A stretch of 64,000 bases of DNA, from the NCBI GenBank assembly GCA_000433035.1, contig FR890808.1:525-64524 (forward strand). The letters run 5' to 3'. The DNA is from Staphylococcus sp. CAG:324 (GTDB taxonomy: Bacteria; Bacillota_I; Bacilli_A; ML615J-28; CAG-313). The notes beneath the pieces were generated by a model. The model was given only the letters and a program-made list of their open reading frames with translations. It was not told the DNA's origin and did no database searches. Position 1 is the first letter of the stretch; every line of letters starts with the position of its first letter. The translations under genes were made by a program, and so were the position numbers. This document shows, in pieces, positions 19,776-28,856 of this stretch.

Positions 19776-20552
19776 TCATTCCTTTATTATTTTTATTAAA
19801 TTATTTTCTAAAATTTCTTTTGCAAGATTACGATATTCTTTAGAGCCTCTTGAATTAAAAGAAAAATTTAAAACGCTTTGTCCATGAAGAGGAGCTTCTT
19901 GAATATGTGACGATCTTGTAATAATGGTTTTGAAAATTTTCTCAGGAAATAAAAATTTAACTTTTTCCACAATTTCATAACCAAGCGTATTTTTATTATC
20001 TAGTTTAGTTAATAAAATTCCTTCGATATCAATGTTTTTATTATTTTGAATTTTGTCAATTTTATTGATCATTTGGGTAAGAGCATCATATGCATAAAAG
20101 CCACATTCAACCGGTATAATAACAGAATCACTAGCAAAAAGTGCATTATCCACAATTAATCCTAAAGATGGCGGGCAATCAATTAAAATAAAATCATATT
20201 CATTTTTAATCATATCTAGTTTTCTTTTTAAAAGAAATTCTTTATCTGGTATCATATAAAGACTTTCTTCAATATTAGCAAGTTTAATGGATGAGGCAAT
20301 TAAATCAAGTCTTTCAATTTTAGTTTTTACAATCGCTCTTCTAAGAAGACCAATATGCGTAAAGAAATCACTAACATCAAATAAAATATCTTCACGATTA
20401 ATTCCTAGTCCAATGGTAGCATTTGCTTGTTGGTCATAATCAATAATCAATACTTTTTGTTTAAACATCGCTAGTGCCGCTCCTAAATTAATGGCTGTAG
20501 TTGTCTTCCCAACGCCTCCTTTTTGATTCACAATGGAAATGATTTTGCCCAT
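19776..20552 (-). CDS. parA: ParA/Soj family chromosome-partitioning ATPase
   Basis: Deviant Walker A NQKGGVGKTT and IIDCPPSLG. RBS AGGAG. Confidence 0.92.
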   Translation of the reverse strand: MGKIISIVNQKGGVGKTTTAINLGAALAMFKQKVLIIDYDQQANATIGLGINREDILFDVSDFFTHIGLLRRAIVKTKIERLDLIASSIKLANIEESLYMIPDKEFLLKRKLDMIKNEYDFILIDCPPSLGLIVDNALFASDSVIIPVECGFYAYDALTQMINKIDKIQNNKNIDIEGILLTKLDNKNTLGYEIVEKVKFLFPEKIFKTIITRSSHIQEAPLHGQSVLNFSFNSRGSKEYRNLAKEILENNLIKIIKE

Positions 20553-20564
20553 AATAGCTCCTTT

Positions 20565-21260
20565 CTATAGAGGTTTCTTTTTCATTTTAGCATAACTTCT
20601 AGGATAAAAATGAGGGGTTGTTCGTACTTTTTTTATCTTAATCAAACAACGCATTCCCCTTTCTTGAGGTAGATTATACAAAATTTTATCCTTAACTGTC
20701 CCTCCTAAAATTGCAATTGCCTCTTTAGAATCGTCTACTTCCTTTTGATAATTTTGCCCTTTCATTGCAATAAAAACACCATTTAATTTAACAAAAGGCA
20801 AGGAAAGTTCCACAAGCATATTGAGATTTGCAACTGCTCTAGCTACTACAAAATCAAAGGATGCCCTTTGTTGATTACAAAAGTTTTCAGCCCGTTCACA
20901 AACCACATTGATAGAATCTAGTTGTAATTCTTCAATCACACGATGTAAAAATTGACATCTTTTTTGCGTTGCCTCAAGTAGCGTTACTTTTATTTTAGGA
21001 TATACTATTTTTAAAACGATTCCTGGTAGTCCTGCTCCGGTCCCAATATCTAATATTTCTATTCCATCTTGAAGTTTTTCATCTTTCAATACCATTATAC
21101 TATCATAAAAATGTTTAATATAAACCTCTTCTTCCTCAAGAATGGTTGTTAGATTCATCGTTTTAGCCCCTTCATTTAGAAGTTTATAATATGCATACAA
21201 TTGCCTTTTTTGTTTATCATCAAGGATAACGAGTTCATCTAAATAAGGATTATATTTCAT
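20565..21260 (-). CDS. rsmG: 16S rRNA (guanine527-N7)-methyltransferase
   Basis: GidB-family SAM motif DIGTGAGLPG. The start overlaps the mnmG stop. Confidence 0.93.
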   Translation of the reverse strand: MKYNPYLDELVILDDKQKRQLYAYYKLLNEGAKTMNLTTILEEEEVYIKHFYDSIMVLKDEKLQDGIEILDIGTGAGLPGIVLKIVYPKIKVTLLEATQKRCQFLHRVIEELQLDSINVVCERAENFCNQQRASFDFVVARAVANLNMLVELSLPFVKLNGVFIAMKGQNYQKEVDDSKEAIAILGGTVKDKILYNLPQERGMRCLIKIKKVRTTPHFYPRSYAKMKKKPL

Positions 21261-23181
21261 GATCTTTCTTCCTTCTTAAACTTTCAATATAAACAATCAA
21301 AATAGAGATATCTGATGGGTTAACACCACTAATTCTAGAAGCTTGCGCAATTGTTAGGGGTTTAATTTTAATCAATTTTTCTCTTGCTTCACTGGCTAAA
21401 TTGGAAATTTGTTGATAATCAATATCGATAGGGATTAAAATACTTTCTAATTTTAAAACCCTTTGTGCTTCTTTAAAAGCTTTGTCAATATATCCTTGAT
21501 ATTTAACTAAAGTATTCAAACATTCACCATACTCATATGGTAAGGGATTTTCTAAAGAGGTCATTTTAACAATATCAAAATAACTAATTTCAGGTCTTTT
21601 CATTAAATCTTTTGCGCTTATCCCATCATGCAAACGAGGTGATACTATCTTATCTAAATACGCATTGATTTCTTTTTTAGGTGTCAATTTTAAATTTTTT
21701 AGTCTTTCAATTTCTTTTTCAATCGCCAACTTTTTCTCAAGATACAATTGATATCTTTCCTTACTAACAAGACCTATTTGGTATCCATATGCTATTAGTC
21801 TAGCATCTGCATTATCATGACGAAGCAAAAGTCGATATTCAGCCCTTGATGTTAGCATTCGATAAGGATCATTTACTCCTTTAGTTACTAAATCATCAAT
21901 TAAAACTCCAATATAAGCTTCATCTCTTTTTAAAACTAACGGTTCTGTTTTCCTTAAATAACAACTGGCATTGATACCAGCCATCAAGCCTTGTGCGGCT
22001 GCTTCTTCATATCCACTTGTTCCATTTACTTGTCCACCAAAAAACAATCCTTTTATTTTTTTAGATTCCAAAGTAGGTTTTAATTCTAAAGGATTGATTG
22101 CATCATATTCAATCGCATAAGCATATTTCGCAATTTTAGCCTTCTCAAATCCAGGAAGTGAATGCACCATTTGTTCTTGAACATCATGTGGCATACTAGT
22201 TGAAAAACCTTGAATATATGTTTCATTGATTTCCAAACTTTCCGGTTCTAAAAAGAGTTGATGTTGTTTTTTGTCCGCAAACCTTACTAATTTATCTTCA
22301 ATAGAAGGACAATATCTAGGTCCAATTCCTTCAACAATACCTGAATACATACTTGATTCTTTTAAATGTTCTCTAATAATTTCATGGGTTTTTGGCGTAG
22401 TCCAAATTAAGTAACAAGGTACTTGCTTATCAAAGGGAATCATATCACTTGGATTGGTTTGATAACTAAAGGTAAGTGGCATATCAGTTCCTAATTCTAA
22501 TTGGCCATAAGAAAAATCAATTGAATCCGTATATACTCTAGGAGGTGTTCCCGTCTTTAATCTGATTAACTGAAATCCTAAACTCTTTAAAGACTTTGAT
22601 AAACCATAATTTGTATCCTCACCATCAGGACCAAGAGGTTCAGCACATTTACCACATAAAACTTTAGATGACAAATATGTACCTGTTGTTATAATTACTG
22701 TCTGTGAAAAAATCTGTGTACCATCTTCTAATTGGACTCCTTGAATGATTCGCTCTTTTGTCAATAAAGCATCTACCAAAGCAATATATATATCTAGATT
22801 ATCTTGGTCTAATACGACCTGTTGCATATATCTAGCATATGCTAGTTTATCTGATTGCACCCTCATAGCCCGAACAGCGGGACCCTTAGAACTATTGAGC
22901 ATTTTTACTTGTAAACAAGTTTTATCAGCAGAAATTGCCATTTGCCCACCTAGGGCATCAATTTCCCTGACTAGTATTCCTTTAGCAGGACCACCAATCG
23001 AAGGATTGCATGGCATATTACCGATTCTTTTAAAATTTCCACATACCATCAAAGTTTTAAATCCCAATCTTGCAAGGGCAAGAGCGGCCTCGATTCCCGC
23101 ATGCCCACCTCCAACTACAATGCTATCATAGAACGTAGTGAGTTTTTGTTGTAATTGTTCCTTTGTTAAAACAGCACTCAT
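21250..23181 (-). CDS. mnmG: tRNA uridine 5-carboxymethylaminomethyl modification enzyme
   Basis: GidA family: VVGGGHAGIEAA, PCNPSIGGPAKG and other motifs along the full length. Confidence 0.97.
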   Translation of the reverse strand: MSAVLTKEQLQQKLTTFYDSIVVGGGHAGIEAALALARLGFKTLMVCGNFKRIGNMPCNPSIGGPAKGILVREIDALGGQMAISADKTCLQVKMLNSSKGPAVRAMRVQSDKLAYARYMQQVVLDQDNLDIYIALVDALLTKERIIQGVQLEDGTQIFSQTVIITTGTYLSSKVLCGKCAEPLGPDGEDTNYGLSKSLKSLGFQLIRLKTGTPPRVYTDSIDFSYGQLELGTDMPLTFSYQTNPSDMIPFDKQVPCYLIWTTPKTHEIIREHLKESSMYSGIVEGIGPRYCPSIEDKLVRFADKKQHQLFLEPESLEINETYIQGFSTSMPHDVQEQMVHSLPGFEKAKIAKYAYAIEYDAINPLELKPTLESKKIKGLFFGGQVNGTSGYEEAAAQGLMAGINASCYLRKTEPLVLKRDEAYIGVLIDDLVTKGVNDPYRMLTSRAEYRLLLRHDNADARLIAYGYQIGLVSKERYQLYLEKKLAIEKEIERLKNLKLTPKKEINAYLDKIVSPRLHDGISAKDLMKRPEISYFDIVKMTSLENPLPYEYGECLNTLVKYQGYIDKAFKEAQRVLKLESILIPIDIDYQQISNLASEAREKLIKIKPLTIAQASRISGVNPSDISILIVYIESLRRKKDHEI

Positions 23182-23185
23182 AAAA

Positions 23186-23413
23186 TTACTTCCTAATCAG
23201 ATAGACAATAACTACAATTCCAATGAGTAAAAAAAGTCCCATCAATAAGCCCACTAGTTTAGTTATTGATTTATTTAGTTTAGCTTTTTTTTCTATTTTT
23301 TGTTTTCTTTTGATTTCTTCTTCTCTTGCTTTTGTCATTGGTAGCCTAGCCATACAAAAATCGCAAGTTAAAGCATCATATTTATTTTCATTATGACATT
23401 TTGGACAAATCAT
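23186..23413 (-). CDS. Zinc-ribbon membrane-anchored small protein
   Basis: MICPKCHNE...CDFC zinc ribbon plus a C-terminal TM segment. Start trimmed to the ATG at 23413 (RBS AAGGTGA). A TATAAT lies just upstream. Confidence 0.6.
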   Translation of the reverse strand: MICPKCHNENKYDALTCDFCMARLPMTKAREEEIKRKQKIEKKAKLNKSITKLVGLLMGLFLLIGIVVIVYLIRK

Positions 23414-23518
23414 TTTCATCACCTTTTTCTTCATGTATACATATTATACACTATTTTTTGTTTTTTTGCTAATATAAAGAAAAGGAAAGCCAAAATTTTT
23501 GACTTTCTTTTTCAATTT

Positions 23519-24097
23519 TTATAATTTAACAATTTCTCCCATTACCCCTAAAACCATTCCTGATGCGTTTGCTTCATCTGTATCAATATGCATAGCAAGT
23601 GCATAGGAATCACTTACTCTTACCACAACATCACCAAAAATAAGTGATCTTTCAGGAGTGTTAATTTTAACACTAACTATATCTTTATCCTTTACACCAA
23701 GTTTTTTCGCATCTTCACTTGTGGCATGGATATGACGTTTGGCCACTATTACACCCTCTTGAAGTTCTAAAGACCCTTTAGGCCCAACAATTTTACATCC
23801 AGGAGTCCCTCTTAAATCCCCTGATTCTTTAATTACAATAGGTAAACCAATACTTCTAGCATCGGTTGCGGAAAGCTCTACTTGAGATGCACTTCTAAAA
23901 GGACCAAGAATAGAAACACCTGAAATTTCCTTTTTAGGTCCAACAATGCTCACTCTTTCTTCACATGCATATTGACCTGGTTGTGATAAATTTTTCTTAA
24001 CTGTAAGTGTTGCCTCATTGCCAAATAATATTTTAAAGTCACTTTCAGTCAAATGCACATGACGAGCAGAGGTTTCAACGATAAATTGTTTTGACAT
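23519..24097 (-). CDS. pduL: Phosphate propanoyltransferase / phosphotransacylase PduL
   Basis: Duplicated PduL motifs: SARHVHLTESDF..., AKRHIHATSEDA... and MHIDTDEANA. Confidence 0.85.
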   Translation of the reverse strand: MSKQFIVETSARHVHLTESDFKILFGNEATLTVKKNLSQPGQYACEERVSIVGPKKEISGVSILGPFRSASQVELSATDARSIGLPIVIKESGDLRGTPGCKIVGPKGSLELQEGVIVAKRHIHATSEDAKKLGVKDKDIVSVKINTPERSLIFGDVVVRVSDSYALAMHIDTDEANASGMVLGVMGEIVKL

Positions 24098-24251
24098 ATC
24101 TATTTCCTTCTTTCATTTAATAAACTTTATATATATTATAACAAAAAAAAACCTTTAGGTCAAAAATTAAACCTAATAAATTTGAAAAAAATTTTATTTT
24201 GTTATATAATATTATAAATATAAAACGAAACATAAAACGAGGAATGATAAT

Positions 24252-25565
24252 ATGAAACTTGGGATGATTTCACTTGGTTGTGCTAAAAACTTAATTGACT
24301 CTGAACTTTTTCTTGGTGTGGCACAAAAATATAATTTAGAAATTACCAATAATATTAAAGAAGCAAACATTATTGTTGTGAATACTTGTGGCTTTATTGA
24401 AAGTGCCAAAAAGGAAGCTATTGATACTCTTTTAGATGTTACTGAAAATAAAAAAGGTAAAATCATTATTGCTATGGGCTGTTTAGTTGAACGATATCTA
24501 TCTGATTTACGACAAAGTATCCCCGAAGTAGACATCTATTTTCCAATTCGAGATTATGATCATATTGATAAACTTTTCCAAAAAATTCTTCTTACTGGTA
24601 AATCCTATCAAATGGATTATCAAAATAGAGTACTTTCTACCCTTCCCCATAGTGCTTATTTAAGAATTTCGGAAGGATGTAATAATCACTGTAGTTATTG
24701 TGCAATTCCACTAATTAGAGGATCTTTTAGGAGTAGAGATTTTAATAGTCTAATTGAGGAGGCTAAATATTTAGCAAGTCGCGGTGTAAAAGAAATTACA
24801 CTTATTGGTCAAGATACCACTCGATATGGTACCGATCAAAAAGATAATCTTTTTTTGCATGATTTAATTCATCAAATCTCTTTAATTGATGAAATCAAAA
24901 TAATTAGAGTTTTATATCTTTACCCAGATGAAATTACTAGTGAACTCATTGATGAAATTAAAAATAACGATAAAGTTGCCAAATATTTTGATATTCCCAT
25001 TCAACATGCATCCAATCGAATTTTAAATAAAATGAACCGAAGAGGTGGAAAGTTTTTTTTAGAAAATCTTTTTGAAACCATTAGAAAAAGAATAAATGAT
25101 GCAATTATTAGAACGACTCTGATTGTTGGATTTCCTTCAGAAACGGAAGAAGACTTTAATATTTTATTCGATTTTGTCAAAAAGCAACGTTTTAACCGTC
25201 TAGGAGTTTTTACCTATTCTGATGAAGAAGATACCAAAAGTGCGCAAATGCAACCTAAAGTTCCTCAAGATGTGATGGAAAGACGCAAAGACCAAATTAT
25301 GAGTTTTCAAAATAGACTTTCTAAAATTTTAAACCGAACTTTTATTGGTAAGATCTATATTGCAATTGTAGACTTTTATGATAAAGAAAACTCCCGTTAT
25401 TGTGTGAGAAACTACGCTTATGCCCCAGATGATGTGGACGGATATATCTATATTTATTCTGAAAAACTAGACTATATCCATGCGGGTGACATAATAGAAA
25501 TTGAAATAACAAAAGCGGATAGTTATGATCTATATGCTCGATTAAAAAATAAAGTAACCAATTAA
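24252..25565 (+). CDS. rimO: Ribosomal protein S12 methylthiotransferase
   Basis: SLGCAKNLIDSE N-terminal domain, radical-SAM CNNHCSYCAIP, C-terminal TRAM-like domain. Confidence 0.9.
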   Translation: MKLGMISLGCAKNLIDSELFLGVAQKYNLEITNNIKEANIIVVNTCGFIESAKKEAIDTLLDVTENKKGKIIIAMGCLVERYLSDLRQSIPEVDIYFPIRDYDHIDKLFQKILLTGKSYQMDYQNRVLSTLPHSAYLRISEGCNNHCSYCAIPLIRGSFRSRDFNSLIEEAKYLASRGVKEITLIGQDTTRYGTDQKDNLFLHDLIHQISLIDEIKIIRVLYLYPDEITSELIDEIKNNDKVAKYFDIPIQHASNRILNKMNRRGGKFFLENLFETIRKRINDAIIRTTLIVGFPSETEEDFNILFDFVKKQRFNRLGVFTYSDEEDTKSAQMQPKVPQDVMERRKDQIMSFQNRLSKILNRTFIGKIYIAIVDFYDKENSRYCVRNYAYAPDDVDGYIYIYSEKLDYIHAGDIIEIEITKADSYDLYARLKNKVTN

Positions 25566-27481
25566 GTTACTTTATTTTTCATTTGTTCCCTTATTCCTTT
25601 TAAAATTTCAACCATTGCCCATGTATCTTGTCTACAATATATGCGAAGTGCTACATATTTTTCTTGATATTCTTTTGTAGTCAAGAAAGGAAGCATCCCA
25701 TATGTAAGGATTGCTTCAGTACCATTTTTCACATCTAAATTTGTATATGTTAAATTGGTAAAAAGAGGCAATACTTTTTTGATTGAAAAAGAACCATGCA
25801 TTAAATTATTGTAATATGTAAAACTTGGCTTATCCCTACTTGTATTTGGAAATAACTCTTTCGATCCTCTTAATACCTCTAACAAATCAAAAATATGATC
25901 ATTTATTTTATCTAATTGATCTTTTTTATCTTTAAAAATGAAACTTAATTCTTTTAATCTAGTTTTCTCAAAAGACTTATTATAAACAATAACGGTGCCA
26001 CCATTTGTTAAATCAATATGCGCAATCAGACTCTCAATTAACTCTAATCTATGATCTTGATGATCTTTGGCTAAATATTCAAAATGATCTTGAATACAAT
26101 CACAATGACCTAATGCTTTTTCCACATGTAGGGAATATTGAAATAAGGATTGTGTATATGGATGTTCCCCTTTAAAACGAGGAAGAGGACAATTATAACT
26201 TTCGAAATCCAAATAATATACTGGATATTTAATTTTTTTAATTGCTTCTTTCATTCTTGCTTTATCAATATATATCTCATTATTTATATAACAATCATAT
26301 TGAATAAGATTTTCTTTTTTGTTTAAATAGGTTTTAACATCATCTATTTTATAAAATCCTTGATTAATTAATTCAAAAACATCATAATATTTTTTCTTAT
26401 TATCCTTAGTGGGCTTACTAAAAGCATATTGTTTTTTTAAATATTCTAAAATTGAACCATCTTGTAATACTTCTTTCATACATACTTTACAAAATTTACA
26501 CATCGTGGTTTTTTTATATTCACAATGCTTGCCTAAACATTTAGGACCAATTGTTAAGTATTTTTCTCTTTTTAAAATTTGTTGTTTTTCTTCTTCAATT
26601 TGTGTTAAATATAATTTCGATAAATCATTCATGTCGTAAATTTTAAATAAAGCCTCGCCATTTTCATCTAAATCATATAATGGCTTGTTATCACAATCAT
26701 ATTTACCATTAAAAGTATAATTGGCATTGAGAACGACTAAATAATATTCTATCTTTTTATCTAAAAAAGAATTTTTTTGTTTCAAACTATTTTCAATAAT
26801 ATGTCGTTGAACGGAAATATCATATATATATTTTCCCACATCGGAATATCGATCGAGTAGTATTTTTTGCTTTTTATCCAATCGCATCTTTTCTTTTTCA
26901 TCAAAAACATGACTCATATCTTGATATCTAATAATATTGTCTTTATCTTTTACAAAAAAGTAGTAGGGTTTTTTGTTGATCATAACACAAAAATCATCAT
27001 ACTTTTTAGATGTAGTTGCTTTAACCTCAAAAATTTTAATCGTTTTTTCATCTTCAAAATAAGCATCTAGATAACAATAAAAAAGGTTTCCTTCTTCTTT
27101 ATATGAATATTTTTTTTGTTTATATGTATTGACAGAAGCAACTACTTGATGTTGAAACACCTTTTCAATATAACAAGTAGCTAGTCTTTCAACTTCTGTA
27201 AAGGTTTTTGCAAAAGCCTCCATTTGAGCATTGGTAATATTTAATAAATCATCCCCCGTTTTTTCGTCAAACATTTCTTGAAATATTTCTTCAATTTTTT
27301 CGTTTTTAACATCAAATAAATTGTCCTTTAATGTGAATATAGTCTTTTCTATATCTTGTTCTATTTTATTTCCCTCAATTTCTTTTATGTTGTGTAATCC
27401 CCTATTTATATATAAATCATATAGAGAAATAAAATTATGACATCGTGATAAATTTTTGAATATCGTTTTAGAAATATGCAT
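25562..27481 (-). CDS. DUF2779 family protein: predicted PD-(D/E)XK nuclease with Cys cluster fused to a DEDDy-like exonuclease domain
   Basis: Motifs CYLDAYFED...IFEVKATT, CLGKHCEYKKTTMCKFCKVC, YYLDFES...FQYSLH, VYNKSFEKTRL and YCRQDTWAM. The ATG at 27479-27481 overlaps the upstream TGA, with AGGAGA 5 nt upstream. Confidence 0.8.
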   Translation of the reverse strand: MHISKTIFKNLSRCHNFISLYDLYINRGLHNIKEIEGNKIEQDIEKTIFTLKDNLFDVKNEKIEEIFQEMFDEKTGDDLLNITNAQMEAFAKTFTEVERLATCYIEKVFQHQVVASVNTYKQKKYSYKEEGNLFYCYLDAYFEDEKTIKIFEVKATTSKKYDDFCVMINKKPYYFFVKDKDNIIRYQDMSHVFDEKEKMRLDKKQKILLDRYSDVGKYIYDISVQRHIIENSLKQKNSFLDKKIEYYLVVLNANYTFNGKYDCDNKPLYDLDENGEALFKIYDMNDLSKLYLTQIEEEKQQILKREKYLTIGPKCLGKHCEYKKTTMCKFCKVCMKEVLQDGSILEYLKKQYAFSKPTKDNKKKYYDVFELINQGFYKIDDVKTYLNKKENLIQYDCYINNEIYIDKARMKEAIKKIKYPVYYLDFESYNCPLPRFKGEHPYTQSLFQYSLHVEKALGHCDCIQDHFEYLAKDHQDHRLELIESLIAHIDLTNGGTVIVYNKSFEKTRLKELSFIFKDKKDQLDKINDHIFDLLEVLRGSKELFPNTSRDKPSFTYYNNLMHGSFSIKKVLPLFTNLTYTNLDVKNGTEAILTYGMLPFLTTKEYQEKYVALRIYCRQDTWAMVEILKGIREQMKNKVT

Positions 27482-28611
27482 CAATATCTCCTAAATAAAT
27501 TAGAATATCCTGGATAAACTAAAACATTTTTATAAAGACGATTTAAATTATATTCGCCAAGAAAACCTTCTTCGTTATTGATATGCATTGAAAAATCTTT
27601 ATAGGTAATCCAAATTAAGTCATAAGATAATTCTTTTATTTCTTCTTTTGTTAAAAATAATTCAGTAAATAAAATAGTTAATTTAAAGCCATGATAGGTA
27701 AGTACAATTTCTTTACCTAATTTATTTGTAAATACTTCTAAAGATTCCTCTTTTAATCCCATTTGTCTTAGATTTTTGAATATCGTTGTATAGTCACAAG
27801 AAACATTTAAAAATTCAGGTATTTTTTTATATATTTCCCTACTCATATTTCCATCAAAACATTGCCAATCTGCCCTAACCTCTAGATGATCAAAACAAGC
27901 AATATCATCTATCATAGATATATATAAATTACTTTTAGAATGATGACATATCACTTCTTTGATATTGGTTGTAACATACAAAATATTGATATTAGTATCA
28001 ATTTTAAGCATCTCCTTATAATACGTTTTTATCAATTGAGCCGCAATTTCTTCTGCTGGTTTTAAATTTAATGACATTTTTTTAAAAGGAGCTATTATTT
28101 GTGGTTCAACAACTAGTAATTTATCATTTTTATTTTGATCTAATTTATTCGCAATCCTTTTGATAAATTCGTGAGTAAGTTCGGTAAATTCAACCATTTG
28201 AAATAGTTTTAAACTAATAATATCGTTAAACCCTTTTTCTTTATATCTATTAAGACAACTATCATAACATTCAGGACTACATAAAAGAATATTATAATCA
28301 CTTTGCTTTAAATCAATTATATGATTCAATTTTTCTTTTAAATGATCACTTCTTACCTTTAAGAAGTCATGTAAGTAACTATATACTTTTTTAGAATTCG
28401 TTAGTATATGCATTTCATCTAAAACCATAGTCTCTTTTGCATTAACCAATTGTGATTGTTCTTCTATTTCAACATAACACAACTCTTCTTTATCATACTC
28501 ATCTAATTTTTCATCAAGTGATGGTAAAAAAATTTGATACTGTCTAATATATTCAAAAATGCTCATTTCTTCAATAAATTCATATTCTTTATGATTTATA
28601 TAAACGGCCAT
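27481..28611 (-). CDS. [FeFe]-hydrogenase-like protein lacking cluster-binding cysteines (function unknown)
   Basis: RBS AGAGGTGA. The N-terminus follows the Fer2_4 pattern of HydA/NuoG. The centre (KEKGFNDII, EFTELTHEFIKRI, LIKTYYKEMLKIDTNINILYV) follows the H-domain pattern, with TSCCPGW, MPCT and MACHGGC replaced. Confidence 0.7.
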   Translation of the reverse strand: MAVYINHKEYEFIEEMSIFEYIRQYQIFLPSLDEKLDEYDKEELCYVEIEEQSQLVNAKETMVLDEMHILTNSKKVYSYLHDFLKVRSDHLKEKLNHIIDLKQSDYNILLCSPECYDSCLNRYKEKGFNDIISLKLFQMVEFTELTHEFIKRIANKLDQNKNDKLLVVEPQIIAPFKKMSLNLKPAEEIAAQLIKTYYKEMLKIDTNINILYVTTNIKEVICHHSKSNLYISMIDDIACFDHLEVRADWQCFDGNMSREIYKKIPEFLNVSCDYTTIFKNLRQMGLKEESLEVFTNKLGKEIVLTYHGFKLTILFTELFLTKEEIKELSYDLIWITYKDFSMHINNEEGFLGEYNLNRLYKNVLVYPGYSNLFRRY

Positions 28612-28711
28612 TTTATCACCTCTTTATTATTATACCATATCAGTATTTTTTTTTATTTTTTTTACATATCTTTTTCAAACTTGGTTATACTAACTTTAGA
28701 GGTGGAATATT

Positions 28712-28846
28712 ATGGAAATTAAATTGACAAAAACAACTAAAAAAATTACTAGAGAAAAATGTGGTGATTGTTATTACAATGGAGACTGTAGCATCAATTT
28801 AAAAACATGTCCATATTTGAAAAAACCTAAAGTAATGGAAGAATAA
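28712..28846 (+). CDS. Small Cys-rich protein (44 aa), not in the ORF track
   Basis: AGAGGTGGA RBS 6 nt before the ATG. Sequence MEIKLTKTTKKITREKCGDCYYNGDCSINLKTCPYLKKPKVMEE. Its own terminator hairpin lies at 28857-28890. Confidence 0.45.
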   Translation: MEIKLTKTTKKITREKCGDCYYNGDCSINLKTCPYLKKPKVMEE

Positions 28847-28856
28847 TATTACTATA

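Noticed and set aside
24212-24535. 107-aa minus-strand ORF.
   Set aside because: It is fully antisense to the 5' part of rimO, which has unambiguous radical-SAM and MTTase motifs.
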